Counted from the stretch's first letter, positions 1 to 10,143 are shown. The stretch: 51,532 nucleotides of DNA from Parcubacteria group bacterium GW2011_GWD2_38_11 (GCA_000992325.1 LBTZ01000002.1:1-51532); one strand, 5' to 3'. The notes: generated by a model from the letters alone, not told the origin. Translations and numbers: made by a program.

Positions 1-273
1 CGCGTCTTTTTCTTTTTTCAGCGCTTCTTTTTCAATTTCCAGATAAAGTTGCAGTGCTTTAGGGACCCTTCGATAAGGCAGATTAGGTCTTTTGTCAAAC
101 ATTACGTAATCAGTAAAGTCGTCGTTATTAAAATTCAAAATAACGGAGAGCCGATCTATGATATTTGTTAACTTTTTACCCTTATATTTATGTTTAAGAC
201 TAAAGACAATTTTCTCTCCGGAATAGGAGTGGGTGAATAAATATAATCTGATCTGCTTGCGATTTTTTGACAC
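1..273 (-). CDS. Hypothetical protein, partial (runs off window start)
   Basis: Manual translation: open frame from GTG at 273 (MSKNRKQIRLYLFTHSYSGEKIVFSLKHKY...EKDA) to position 1 without a stop; not in ORF track. Confidence 0.55.
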   Translation of the reverse strand, partial: MSKNRKQIRLYLFTHSYSGEKIVFSLKHKYKGKKLTNIIDRLSVILNFNNDDFTDYVMFDKRPNLPYRRVPKALQLYLEIEKEALKKEKDA

Positions 274-282
274 TAACTAATT

Positions 283-396
283 TTAGTTTGTCAGCGCCTT
301 TAAAATCTTCTCCTCGAAGTTATACCTGGCAAGATGACCTCCGTCTTTGTCGATGAACAACTTACTATTTTGGATTTGAGATTTATGTGATATTTG
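283..396 (-). pseudogene. Possible remnant C-terminus of an alpha/beta hydrolase
   Basis: 37-codon open stretch QISHKSQIQNSKLFIDKDGGHLARYNFEEKILKALTN*, no start codon; resembles the 'NSKL...GGH' catalytic-His end of alpha/beta hydrolases. Confidence 0.3.
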
Positions 397-2190
397 TTAT
401 ATCACACTTTCATCCTCCGCCTCCGTTCCGTCACTGTTGCATTGGGAAAAAATTTCATTCCAACGACAACGCACTGGCACACCAAAAGCGCTGACCGGTT
501 TTCTTTCGGGAGCAAATTCCTGACGCACTGCCGAAACAGCCTCTGATTTTGGAATCAAGTGAATAGCTCTCAGTGTTCCGAATTCTCTTATTTCATTAAT
601 GGAATATTTTTCAGAATAATTCTCGAAAACTTTTTCCACTTTCGATGAAGTTGGATAGATCAAGAAATAATTGCCTTCGGCATATACACTTTTGGTGTTG
701 CGAAAATCATCGCGAACTATTAAACGTTGTTCCAAATGATACAAAAATGCCCTGCGATAAAATGCTTCACTGTTAACATAGACTGGGAAATTGTTTCGCT
801 TGTAGACAGATTCAATATAATCAGTGATGAGAAGTTGCTGCTCAAGCGTCACGCGTTCATTTTCTTTGAGAATTTTATCAGATTCTATTTCAAACGCCGC
901 CACTGGGGCATTGCCAAGTTCTTGAAATCTATTTTTTATAAGCCATCCATTTGAAGCAATGAGAATGATGAAAAAAATCCAAGAGAGATATTCGATTTTC
1001 TTTTTTTCAAAAAAATCAAACATAAAACCTAACAATACAAATGGAACTGGAGCAATAAGCAAAAGAAATCTCGGCGCCAAATCATATGCAATCGGAGTAA
1101 AGAGACCCATTGAAACGACCAGCCAGATCGCCATCAAAGTCAAGAAATCTTTCCTTTTCACATCCTTCACAGAAAAGATATTCCAGCCCAAGGCCGCAAC
1201 ACCCAACAAGAAAAAAATCAAAGAAACTATACCCATAGGCAGTCCGGTCACACACTTTTCGTCGCAGATATAAGAAGGTCTCATACCCACCACTTTAATT
1301 CTTGGAAGATCAGCTTGTGAATCACCACTCAAAAGCAAGACATATCCAGCCGAAATCTCATCCACTCCCCTTATCGCTTTTTCAATTAATGTGTGGTCAT
1401 CTTTGGTGGATTTTTTGATGAACACTTTTTCAAATTCAGCCACATTCTCACCACCAGTTTTGAAATCATTAATAATGACAGGCGTATATAAAAAGACGAA
1501 GCAAATTGCTGCCGCCAACCAATATTTCCAATTAATGGAGGGCCTTTTCAAAAAAAGATATGCTCCGACAATCACAGGAAAGCCCAAAAAGGCCACAAAA
1601 TGAAGTTGCATTGCCACCGCGAGCGCAACAAACGATCCGACAAGCCACCAGCCTTTTCTTTTTTCATCTAGATCTGTTGCGCGCAAAAGACCATATAGGG
1701 TCGCCAAAGTGAAAAAAGGAAGATTATTAGGATTCCATGAAAAACGCGAATACAAAACAAGAAATATTGAAACAGCAAAAACGCCCAAGAGCATAAGCCC
1801 AATTTTTTTTGAAAAAAATCTTCTGACAAACAGATAAAACAGTGGCAACGTTAAACAGGAAAAAATAAGTGAGATGACAGCAATTCCAGAAGGAGTGTTG
1901 CCAAATACTTTTGCACTCACATAACCGAAATAATAAAATATTGGTCCAAGTCGCAAGAAAGAACCGGCAGCTTTTGGTCCAAGCAGCGGCAAGTCGCCTG
2001 CTCCGTTTTCCACCGCCAAATCAATGACTTTCGCATCCCTTGATTGATCAAGTTCGAAATGTTGCCAGTCGGAAAAGTTGTATGCGCGCAAAAAAATACC
2101 GACTGCCAAAATCGCAATCAGAATTGCTCCGACAAAAAATTTGCTCCCGGCCAAAGACTTCAAAGACTCTTTATCTATTGGATTATTCAT
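397..2190 (-). CDS. ArnT/PMT-like polytopic membrane glycosyltransferase (GT-C)
   Basis: 597 aa, many TM segments; N-terminal LR..HFELDQ, LLGP, RLGP and RFSWNPN motifs. Confidence 0.85.
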   Translation of the reverse strand: MNNPIDKESLKSLAGSKFFVGAILIAILAVGIFLRAYNFSDWQHFELDQSRDAKVIDLAVENGAGDLPLLGPKAAGSFLRLGPIFYYFGYVSAKVFGNTPSGIAVISLIFSCLTLPLFYLFVRRFFSKKIGLMLLGVFAVSIFLVLYSRFSWNPNNLPFFTLATLYGLLRATDLDEKRKGWWLVGSFVALAVAMQLHFVAFLGFPVIVGAYLFLKRPSINWKYWLAAAICFVFLYTPVIINDFKTGGENVAEFEKVFIKKSTKDDHTLIEKAIRGVDEISAGYVLLLSGDSQADLPRIKVVGMRPSYICDEKCVTGLPMGIVSLIFFLLGVAALGWNIFSVKDVKRKDFLTLMAIWLVVSMGLFTPIAYDLAPRFLLLIAPVPFVLLGFMFDFFEKKKIEYLSWIFFIILIASNGWLIKNRFQELGNAPVAAFEIESDKILKENERVTLEQQLLITDYIESVYKRNNFPVYVNSEAFYRRAFLYHLEQRLIVRDDFRNTKSVYAEGNYFLIYPTSSKVEKVFENYSEKYSINEIREFGTLRAIHLIPKSEAVSAVRQEFAPERKPVSAFGVPVRCRWNEIFSQCNSDGTEAEDESVI

Positions 2191-2269
2191 GTATAATGAT
2201 AAGTATAAACATTAAATTGATCACACCGGTATTATATTACAATTTCACCGTGAAATCAACCGTTTTTAT

Positions 2270-4576
2270 ATGAAAAATTTGTTAAATTATATCACAAAAA
2301 ATACGCCCGATGCGCTGCTGACATTTCTGTCTTTTGCATTTGCAATGAACACACTGCTTTTCATTTCGCGCGAGGTAAAAAACCTTTCAATGTTCAATAT
2401 TTCCAGCGACACGACAATTCACTATTTGGCATATTTCATACTCATTGTTTTGACATTCGGAGTCATCGCTTTTTTTTATACCAAAGAAACAAGCTTGAAA
2501 CTGACCATTGAAAAGTTGCTGCTGACTTTTCTGCCAGCAGAACTCTTGATGCTTTATGGTCTCAGCCAATCAACTGATTTTCATTATCTTTTCTATATCG
2601 CATCAGGACTATATGTAATCCTAGCGGGATTCTTTCTGATCAGCAGAAGGAATTTCATATGGAAGGAGAACGAGGTCAAAAACACATTCTCATCTTTCAA
2701 GATATGGGCAAAATTGCAAGGAAAAGTTGCTTGGTTTGTTATTTTTGCCGTGATGCTGACAAATTTGGGACTTGGGACATATAATCTGGCAAAATTTGGA
2801 GCAGTCGATGAGCCTCTTTGGACATTTGATCGGATTCCAAGTTATTGGAAAAATCTCAAGGAAAGAGATTGGAGAAATACCAAAATCAGCGACAAGCCAG
2901 GCATCACAGTGGCAATAATCTCAGGAGCAGGACTCCTATTTGAAAGTCCAAAGACATACAAATCAGCTTATGGCAGAGGATCAGTAGGAACCGAGCTCAA
3001 TCGTTTTGATTTTGAAAAACTGAATTTTGCTTTCAGATTTCCAATCCTACTGTTCACCATCTTAATGCTTCCTTTTTTCTATTTTCTTATGGAAAGACTT
3101 TTAGGAAAGAAAACAGCGCTTTTTTCCTACATTTCCATCGGTCTTTCTCCACTTTTGATTGGGATGGCTAGCATCATAAATCCTGATGCCATCCTTTGGG
3201 TTTTTGCGCCACTTTCACTTCTCTCCTTTTTGGTGTATCAAAAAAGAAGAAATCCTCTCTATCTTTATTTGTCAGGAATATTGCTCGGGTTGGCACTTTT
3301 GACAAAATATGTCGCCAACATTCTTTCCGTTTTCCTTTTGGGTCTTATTTTTGTTGAATATGTTTTCCACAAGGCAAACTATGCAAAAATGACATTGAAA
3401 AGATATCTCAAGGAATCCCTCACGGACTATCTCATTCTCTTTTTTGTTTCGCTGGTGGTTTTTTATATCTTGTTTCCTGCAGTTTGGATAAAACCATCGA
3501 GACTTTTGGAAGGAACACTGCTCAGTCAGGCCTTTGAGAGCACTTGGCCTATTTTTGCTGGTTTTTTTGCGCTCCTGCTAGTTGACATCGCAACAATAGG
3601 CGGAAAAATATCTTCATATGTTTTGGATCTGCTTTCCAAATACAGCAAAATTTTTCTCATTTCAATTTCAGCGCTTTTTCTTTTTTTCATCGCGTTTACT
3701 TTTGCCAACACTTACACAGGAATGTCTTGGTATGATTTTGAAGCGATCATATCTTCGCCGAAATCAGCCTACACTACAGGAGGCTATGATGGACTTTTCT
3801 TTGCAAACTTTTTTCCATTAGTTTTCAGCATAGCTCCACTCTCCCTGATCTTTCTGGTTTTCGCCGCCATTATCAGTATATTTGGAAAAAATATCCCCGC
3901 CAGAACAAGCTCAACCATCTTCTCCCTGACGCTTTTCATCTTCCTATATTATTTGGCAACCACTGTAAACAAGGTTGCAGCAATGAATCGCTATCAAATT
4001 ATGGTCTTTCCATTGGCTATGATATTAGGAGGCATAGGTATGGCCATTTTTTATGAAAAATTCATCAAAAACGAATTCGACAAGAAAAACATCGTTGTGT
4101 TGTTGTTCCTGATTTTCAGTATTGGCACCCTTTATTTCGCCAGACCATTTTTCATAAGCTATGATTCCCCTCTTCTGCCCAACAAATATTATACCGACCT
4201 CAAAGATATGGGCACCGGAAGTTATGAAGCCGCACAATTCATCAACTCTCTGCCAAATCCTGAAGAGTTGCAAGTATGGACCGATAAAAAAGGTGTCTGC
4301 CCATTTCTCAAAGCGAAATGCTATTCTGGCTTTACCTATCCAAGACTGCGCGCTGCAAATCTTGACTACGCCATTGTTTCTGCTGGAAGATCTGCCAGAA
4401 CAAAAAAAATGGTCACTCCTTTGACCATCAAAAAGGATTTGATACGCTTTGACACTCTATACGACAGGGATGACGAGAAAGTTGTCTACAAACTTGAAAT
4501 AAACGGGCGTCCAAGAAATTTCGTAAAAGTAATCGAACTTGATCAGGAATTTTTCGATTTATACAAAAATAACTGA
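2270..4576 (+). CDS. ArnT/PMT-like membrane glycosyltransferase (GT-C)
   Basis: 768 aa polytopic; VDEP, DKPG, INPD and GLALLTKY motifs. Confidence 0.8.
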   Translation: MKNLLNYITKNTPDALLTFLSFAFAMNTLLFISREVKNLSMFNISSDTTIHYLAYFILIVLTFGVIAFFYTKETSLKLTIEKLLLTFLPAELLMLYGLSQSTDFHYLFYIASGLYVILAGFFLISRRNFIWKENEVKNTFSSFKIWAKLQGKVAWFVIFAVMLTNLGLGTYNLAKFGAVDEPLWTFDRIPSYWKNLKERDWRNTKISDKPGITVAIISGAGLLFESPKTYKSAYGRGSVGTELNRFDFEKLNFAFRFPILLFTILMLPFFYFLMERLLGKKTALFSYISIGLSPLLIGMASIINPDAILWVFAPLSLLSFLVYQKRRNPLYLYLSGILLGLALLTKYVANILSVFLLGLIFVEYVFHKANYAKMTLKRYLKESLTDYLILFFVSLVVFYILFPAVWIKPSRLLEGTLLSQAFESTWPIFAGFFALLLVDIATIGGKISSYVLDLLSKYSKIFLISISALFLFFIAFTFANTYTGMSWYDFEAIISSPKSAYTTGGYDGLFFANFFPLVFSIAPLSLIFLVFAAIISIFGKNIPARTSSTIFSLTLFIFLYYLATTVNKVAAMNRYQIMVFPLAMILGGIGMAIFYEKFIKNEFDKKNIVVLLFLIFSIGTLYFARPFFISYDSPLLPNKYYTDLKDMGTGSYEAAQFINSLPNPEELQVWTDKKGVCPFLKAKCYSGFTYPRLRAANLDYAIVSAGRSARTKKMVTPLTIKKDLIRFDTLYDRDDEKVVYKLEINGRPRNFVKVIELDQEFFDLYKNN

Positions 4577-4591
4577 TGAATTAAATTATCT

Positions 4592-7306
4592 ATGACCCTA
4601 AAAAAAATATCGGACTTAATAAAGAAAAAAAGTTTTCTTATTGCCATAGTTTTTATCATTCTTGCTGGTTCATTTCTGCGAATTTATCATTTCAACGATT
4701 GGATTCACTTTGAAACCGATCAGACAGATGATTATCTTATAACATCTCCCGCGATCCAGAATGGAATAGAAAATCTCAAGCTGCTTGGACCAAGAGCTGG
4801 AGCAGAAGAATTACGCATAGGACCGGCATATTATTATATTGAATATCTGGGTGGAAAAATTTTTGGAAACACCCCACAGGGTCATGCCGCACCAAATTTG
4901 ATTCTTGCTATTGCCGCTATGCCATTGTTCTTTGTTTTTGCGCGTCTTTATTTTTCCCGAATAATTTCCGCCTCACTGCTAGTTTTATATGCCACCTCAT
5001 TTTATCTGATTCAATATGCTCGCTTTTCCTGGAATCCAAACGTTCTGCCTTTTTTTGTTCTAGCAACCTTCTATTTGCTTTTGCGAAGCGTTTCTCCCGA
5101 AGAAAAAAGACGAGATGTTTTTTTCATATTCTCATTGACGATTCTTTCAATAATAAGCCAACTGCATTTCAACGGCCTTTTTATTATTGTCCCGGCATAT
5201 GTAATTTTTCTTCTGATAAAAAGACCGCACTTCCCTATCAAAACTTGGGTTTATGCGATCTTGTTTTCAATTCTCATTTATTCTCCAATTATATTGCATG
5301 AATTAAAATACGATTTTTCAAATTCAAAATTATTAATTGAAAAAATTTCAGGCAATTCGAAAGAAAAAGAAAAATCAGAAGAAAAGAATGTTTCAGAAAA
5401 AATAGTACAGAATTTACGTTATAATTCCGGGGAATTTTTTCTCATACTTACGGGAGAAGACAGAATAAACACAAGTCGTCCAAACGGATATTCACTGGGG
5501 ATATTATGCAACGCGTGCAAAGAAGATCGCATCTGGAGATTATCAGCACTATTTTTATACATTGCATCAGTTTTACTTCTGGGATGGAATATCAAAAAGG
5601 AAAAAAACAAAACGAGAAAGGATTTTTTGATACTTTCAGCGCTATGGTTGTCCATTGGCAGCGCTTATTTCATATCATTAACACTGAATAAATTATACAT
5701 ATATCCGAGGTTCTATCTTGTGCTTGCACCTCTTGCATTCATACTTTTGGGTCTGATATTTGAAAAAATAATCTTTAGAAAAAAACTCATCAATACCATT
5801 CTTATTGTTGCGATTACATTATTGATTGCAATAATAAATTCAACAAAAATATCAGACAGTTTTTGGCAGCTGAAAAATTCGCAGCAAATTGCGGTTAAGA
5901 TTGAAACTGAAGATGTCTTCCCCAACTATTACAGAGCTCCACTGTTCATACATCAAAAAATTTCAGATTACATAGAACAACAAGTTCCAAACAAAAATAC
6001 AAAAATTTTCATTTCATCCGAATCGGAATATGAACCGATCTATTGGATTATTCTTCAAAATAAGGGCTACAATTATTTCAATGAATTTGATGATGAAAAA
6101 CCGAGCGAGGTCGGAGAATATTTTTCAATACAATTAAGTGCTAACAAGAAAAAGAACGATTCCGAGAATTTTTCTGATTTTTTCGATATTATTGAAGTTA
6201 AGGATTTTGGAATTATGAAGGTTACGCGTCTAAAACCAAAAGTTGATGTTGCATATGACACCAATATTAATACAGTAACGCAAAAAAGAAGCCAGGTTTC
6301 AGCAATCGAAAAAATGCATTCCTGGAAAGATTTATTCCAAGACTCAACACTCTTAAACAAAGTGCCCGGCATAAAAAATATTTACGACAATGAACTGCGC
6401 ACTGCAATCATAACAGACATTGATCACTGCCCCTCAAGAGAAGCTGCTTCGACTGAAAAACTTGACGCTTTTATTGATTTTGGCGGAGAAAAAAAAGCTG
6501 ATTTTATGATCAGTCTTGGAGATAATGCGAGTCATCGTCTCAGAAGCTGCTCGACAACTGCAGATATGGATGCGCGCTTCATTGCTGATTATCTCAGAAC
6601 TTCAACCTTGCCGACACATTTCGTTCTTGGCGATCATGACATAGAAAGCGACATAAAATCATATCAAAACTGGCTGGAAACAGTCAAGAAAAATGAAACA
6701 TTCTATTCTTTTGATTTGAAAAATTTCCATATCATTGTTCTGGATACGGTTCTTGGAGGAGAACCGATGAGTCTTTCCTGCCAGGAAGATGCTTACTGCA
6801 CATTGATCGAAAATCGTCTTTCGGAATTAAACAAAATCGCATTTAAAGCATATGCTCAGAAATATGCTGATGCAAAAAAATCCATCAAAGAAGAAAAAGA
6901 TGCTCTCAATTCTATTCTTCAGGAAGTATACGATTCAAAAAAAATTACGCGATCTTGGGGTGTTCGTGATCGCGGACAAATATTAGAAAAAGAATTGGCT
7001 TGGCTTGCTGCAGATATAAATGCAACGCAACATTCCCGCGTGCTTGTTTTCAGTGATCATCCATTGTTCAAATTTGCCTCACAAAAAAAAGTTTATGATA
7101 TCGCCAATGGAGACAAGGCAAGGGAGATATTAGAAAAAAGTGGAAAAGAAATCGTGGCTATTTCCGGAGAAGCTCATCTTTGGCACGAAGAAAAGCAAGG
7201 AAATATTCAATACTACATTATCGATGAATTTCGCAAATCAAATGGCTCTTGGGCATATTTCACTTGGAATAAAGACGGATTCCGTCTGGAAAAAGAAACT
7301 CACTAA
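4592..7306 (+). CDS. ArnT/PMT-like glycosyltransferase fused to a C-terminal calcineurin-like metallophosphoesterase domain
   Basis: N-terminal ~580 aa paralogous to 397..2190 (HFETDQ, LLGP, RFSWNPN); C-terminal TDIDH, LGDN, LGDHD, SDHP, SGEAH motifs. Confidence 0.8.
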   Translation: MTLKKISDLIKKKSFLIAIVFIILAGSFLRIYHFNDWIHFETDQTDDYLITSPAIQNGIENLKLLGPRAGAEELRIGPAYYYIEYLGGKIFGNTPQGHAAPNLILAIAAMPLFFVFARLYFSRIISASLLVLYATSFYLIQYARFSWNPNVLPFFVLATFYLLLRSVSPEEKRRDVFFIFSLTILSIISQLHFNGLFIIVPAYVIFLLIKRPHFPIKTWVYAILFSILIYSPIILHELKYDFSNSKLLIEKISGNSKEKEKSEEKNVSEKIVQNLRYNSGEFFLILTGEDRINTSRPNGYSLGILCNACKEDRIWRLSALFLYIASVLLLGWNIKKEKNKTRKDFLILSALWLSIGSAYFISLTLNKLYIYPRFYLVLAPLAFILLGLIFEKIIFRKKLINTILIVAITLLIAIINSTKISDSFWQLKNSQQIAVKIETEDVFPNYYRAPLFIHQKISDYIEQQVPNKNTKIFISSESEYEPIYWIILQNKGYNYFNEFDDEKPSEVGEYFSIQLSANKKKNDSENFSDFFDIIEVKDFGIMKVTRLKPKVDVAYDTNINTVTQKRSQVSAIEKMHSWKDLFQDSTLLNKVPGIKNIYDNELRTAIITDIDHCPSREAASTEKLDAFIDFGGEKKADFMISLGDNASHRLRSCSTTADMDARFIADYLRTSTLPTHFVLGDHDIESDIKSYQNWLETVKKNETFYSFDLKNFHIIVLDTVLGGEPMSLSCQEDAYCTLIENRLSELNKIAFKAYAQKYADAKKSIKEEKDALNSILQEVYDSKKITRSWGVRDRGQILEKELAWLAADINATQHSRVLVFSDHPLFKFASQKKVYDIANGDKAREILEKSGKEIVAISGEAHLWHEEKQGNIQYYIIDEFRKSNGSWAYFTWNKDGFRLEKETH

Positions 7307-7352
7307 CATAGAAAAAGAATCATAAGCTTTGCAATTTTTGTTTGCCTGTTTT

Positions 7353-8288
7353 TTATTTTCTGCTTCTCAAATATGCTGGCAGCGCCGTGAAACTCACGAT
7401 CATTTGCAGTGCGCGACTCACCAACGCCACAGCAACCACAGCACTTGCTGGAACCCCAAAGAAACCGAAAAATGTAACATAGGCCCATTCCTTGAGTCCT
7501 ATGTTATTGATGCTGATCGGCAAAGCTGAAATTATGCTTATAAGAAAAATCACTGAAAGATATTGCCAAACTCCCACTGCAATTCCAAGTCCAGCAAAAA
7601 GTACCCAGTTGACCAAGGCTAGTCCCACCACGCCAAATAACATAGAGATTCCGATCGCTTTGAGATAAGTCCCATCTTGACGATAATGTGTGAGTTCCGA
7701 ACCGAAGTCTTGCACGGCTTTCGGCAACTTGCCGGCGATTTTTTTCCAAAAAGAAAATTTCGTCAGAATACCAAAAAAAATCAAAATATGCATCGCAATG
7801 AGCGTGCCAACAATCGCCACCCTCAATTGTCCGTGCTGGGCAATTTCATTGCGCTGAAAAATTGCAACCAGACCAGTCAAAAGCATTAGCGCAAAAAGTC
7901 CCGTCACGCGATCAAAAACCACGCTAGAACCCACAGCAGCAAAGCGCTTATTATTTTCCTTTGCAATTTGATACGTACGATAGGTGTCTCCTCCAATAGT
8001 GGAGGGCATAAAATTATTAATGAAAGCTCCTGTCAGATACAGCTGAAAACTTCTTTTCAGACTAATAGAAATATCCTTATGCGCCAAAAGCATTTTCCAT
8101 TTCCAAGCTGAAATCATCATCCCCAAGAGAAGCACTACTACATACAAAATAACATACCCCAAAGAAATTTTTTGCGTATAAAAAAGAACTTCCTTCCAAT
8201 TAATCTCAAAAACCAGCCATGCCACGAACAACAAGCTTACTGCTAGTTTCAAAATAAATTTTAGTATTTTATTATTCAATAAATGCAT
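7353..8288 (-). CDS. Lysylphosphatidylglycerol synthase TM-domain / flippase-like protein (UPF0104)
   Basis: NNFMPSTIGGD, SVVFDR, LPISINNIGLKE motifs; ~8 TM. Confidence 0.85.
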   Translation of the reverse strand: MHLLNNKILKFILKLAVSLLFVAWLVFEINWKEVLFYTQKISLGYVILYVVVLLLGMMISAWKWKMLLAHKDISISLKRSFQLYLTGAFINNFMPSTIGGDTYRTYQIAKENNKRFAAVGSSVVFDRVTGLFALMLLTGLVAIFQRNEIAQHGQLRVAIVGTLIAMHILIFFGILTKFSFWKKIAGKLPKAVQDFGSELTHYRQDGTYLKAIGISMLFGVVGLALVNWVLFAGLGIAVGVWQYLSVIFLISIISALPISINNIGLKEWAYVTFFGFFGVPASAVVAVALVSRALQMIVSFTALPAYLRSRK

Positions 8289-8303
8289 TATTTTTTTGTT
8301 TAT

Positions 8304-8360
8304 TAATTTTCAATTTTCAATTCACAATTTACATTGAATTTTCAAATTCAAATTTTCAAT
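8304..8360. repeat. Heptamer-unit inverted arm (3' arm of four-helix-bundle cassette 1)
   Basis: taattttc aattttc aattcac aatttac attg aattttc aaattca aattttc aat; inverted partner at 8700-8757. Confidence 0.8.
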
Positions 8361-8716
8361 TATTTACATGAACTGATTATTTTTTGAAATATCATTGTAA
8401 GTTCATGATTTTCTTGCCAATACTTCCTTATCTCATCTTTTCTCTCCAATAAGCATCCAGCAATCATCCTCAGCCAATATTTTGTCTCTTGAGCTTCTTT
8501 TTTGCAGATAAATATTTTATTTCGAAAATCCTTCTTTGAACTTGCATTGTTTGCTTCACAATAGTTTGCTCCAATGCTAGTCCCACTTCTTATTAGCTGG
8601 CTAATCAGAGGCCTTGTTATAGTATCTTGTTTTATACTTTTACAAAATTCTATAATATTTTCTCCGAATATAGCTGTTCTTTCTTCTAGATTGTATTTAT
8701 TTGAAAATTGTTCCAT
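8360..8716 (-). CDS. Four-helix-bundle protein (23S rRNA IVP-like family)
   Basis: LEERT, QLIRSGTSIGANYCEA, SKKDF, KEAQETKYWL motifs. Confidence 0.92.
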   Translation of the reverse strand: MEQFSNKYNLEERTAIFGENIIEFCKSIKQDTITRPLISQLIRSGTSIGANYCEANNASSKKDFRNKIFICKKEAQETKYWLRMIAGCLLERKDEIRKYWQENHELTMIFQKIISSCK

Positions 8717-8757
8717 TGTAAATTCATTGAAAATTGAAAACTGTGAATTGAAAATTA
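8700..8757. repeat. Heptamer-unit inverted arm (5' arm of four-helix-bundle cassette 1)
   Basis: Reverse complement = taattttc aattcac agttttc aattttc aatg aatttac aatggaac aattttc aaa; overlaps the start codon. Confidence 0.8.
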
Positions 8758-8761
8758 TTCG

Positions 8762-9928
8762 TTATTTATTCATTCGACCTAGATTAGAAGTTTTTACATA
8801 AATTTCCTCGTATTCCCCCGCCACCTTTTCCCAACTCAAAGTCTCGGCCAATTTGCGACTCTCAAGACTCATTGTTTTTTCAAGTGTTGGATTTAAAATC
8901 AATTTTTCAATTTTTTCAGCCAAGTCATTTGAGTCTTTCATTTTAACAATCAATCCGTTCACATTGTTAGTCAAAAGTTCTTTGGTGCCACCAGTGTCAG
9001 TTGCAACCACTGGCAATCCAACAGCCAAAGCTTCCAACATCACATTACTCATTCCTTCATTGAGCGATGGAAGCACGAAAATATTGGCTCGTTGATAAAA
9101 TGCCAGCACGTTATTATGAGCAATTGCACCAGCAAATTCAACCTTATCTTTAATACCAAGACCTTGCACTAAATCCTCAAGTGATTTTTTTTCATTTCCA
9201 TCTCCCACAATCAAAAGTCGAGCCTGATCATAACGTCCAGAGAGTATCTTGAAAGCTTGAATCAAAAACCGCACACCTTTTCTTGGAGTGACGCGCGAAA
9301 CACAAATAATAGTAAAATGTTCTTGATTGCGCTTGGTTGTGTCAGGAAAAAATTCTTCAACATCAATCCCATTATACACAACACCTATTTCTTTTTTTGA
9401 CTCAGATTTAAGTGCCAAATCCTTAAGCCCTTGGCTATTTGCAACAACAAAAGAAGCGCCTTTCCAAATTTTCAAAATAGTAGGCGTGATCCATTTGTAA
9501 AGTCCGACGAAACGCTCACTGTATCCAGGAACATCAGAGCCGCGCAAAGAAATAATATACGGAATTTTAAATTCCCATTTCAAAAACATTGAAATCACGC
9601 CGCAAGGCACGGAAAAAAATGAATGCGAAAGATCATAAGCATTCTGCTTGGCCAGTTTGCGCGCAAACCAATACGCATTCCAAGTATAGGAAATCAATTC
9701 TTTCTTGGTTTGATAATGAATATTTTCAGCATTTTTTCCAATTGGCAGCCGATGAATTGTGATGTTCTCGCCCATCTTCAAAAGATGATATTTCTCATCA
9801 ACGGAAGCCGTCACAAAATCAACCTGCAAATCAGGATTTTTTGCATATTCGCGCAACAGATAATATGAAGCATTTCCCGCTCCCCCTCCCAACGGCGGAA
9901 ATTCGTAATTGAAAAAAAGGATTTTCAT
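8762..9928 (-). CDS. Glycosyltransferase family 4
   Basis: PPLGGGAG N-terminus, RVTPRKG, PSLNEGMSNVMLEA motif. Confidence 0.92.
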   Translation of the reverse strand: MKILFFNYEFPPLGGGAGNASYYLLREYAKNPDLQVDFVTASVDEKYHLLKMGENITIHRLPIGKNAENIHYQTKKELISYTWNAYWFARKLAKQNAYDLSHSFFSVPCGVISMFLKWEFKIPYIISLRGSDVPGYSERFVGLYKWITPTILKIWKGASFVVANSQGLKDLALKSESKKEIGVVYNGIDVEEFFPDTTKRNQEHFTIICVSRVTPRKGVRFLIQAFKILSGRYDQARLLIVGDGNEKKSLEDLVQGLGIKDKVEFAGAIAHNNVLAFYQRANIFVLPSLNEGMSNVMLEALAVGLPVVATDTGGTKELLTNNVNGLIVKMKDSNDLAEKIEKLILNPTLEKTMSLESRKLAETLSWEKVAGEYEEIYVKTSNLGRMNK

Positions 9929-9933
9929 GGATT

Positions 9934-10109
9934 ATGGAACATGGAACATACAGCACGGAACATGGAACAAAAAACTAAAGGGGGTGCCAAAAAGAATTTT
10001 GATGCTATATGTTCTATGTTATATACTCTATGAATCTTGTTATATGTTTTATGTTATATGAATGTTATTATATGTTCTATGTTATGTGCTCTATGAATCT
10101 TGTTATATG
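9934..10109. repeat. Inverted heptamer arrays (ATGGAAC x5 / ATGTTMT-like x15) with internal 63-bp duplication
   Basis: Read directly: 9934-9969 versus 10002-10109; near-identical 41-mers start at 10006 and 10069. Confidence 0.85.
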
Positions 10110-10114
10110 AGTTT

Positions 10115-10143
10115 ATTCTACCACCTCTTCTTCCCTTTCTCAA
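10115..10143 (-). promoter_or_regulatory. Sigma70-type promoter for the GT4 operon
   Basis: TTGAGA-17-TAGAAT with extended TG on the minus strand. Confidence 0.55.
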
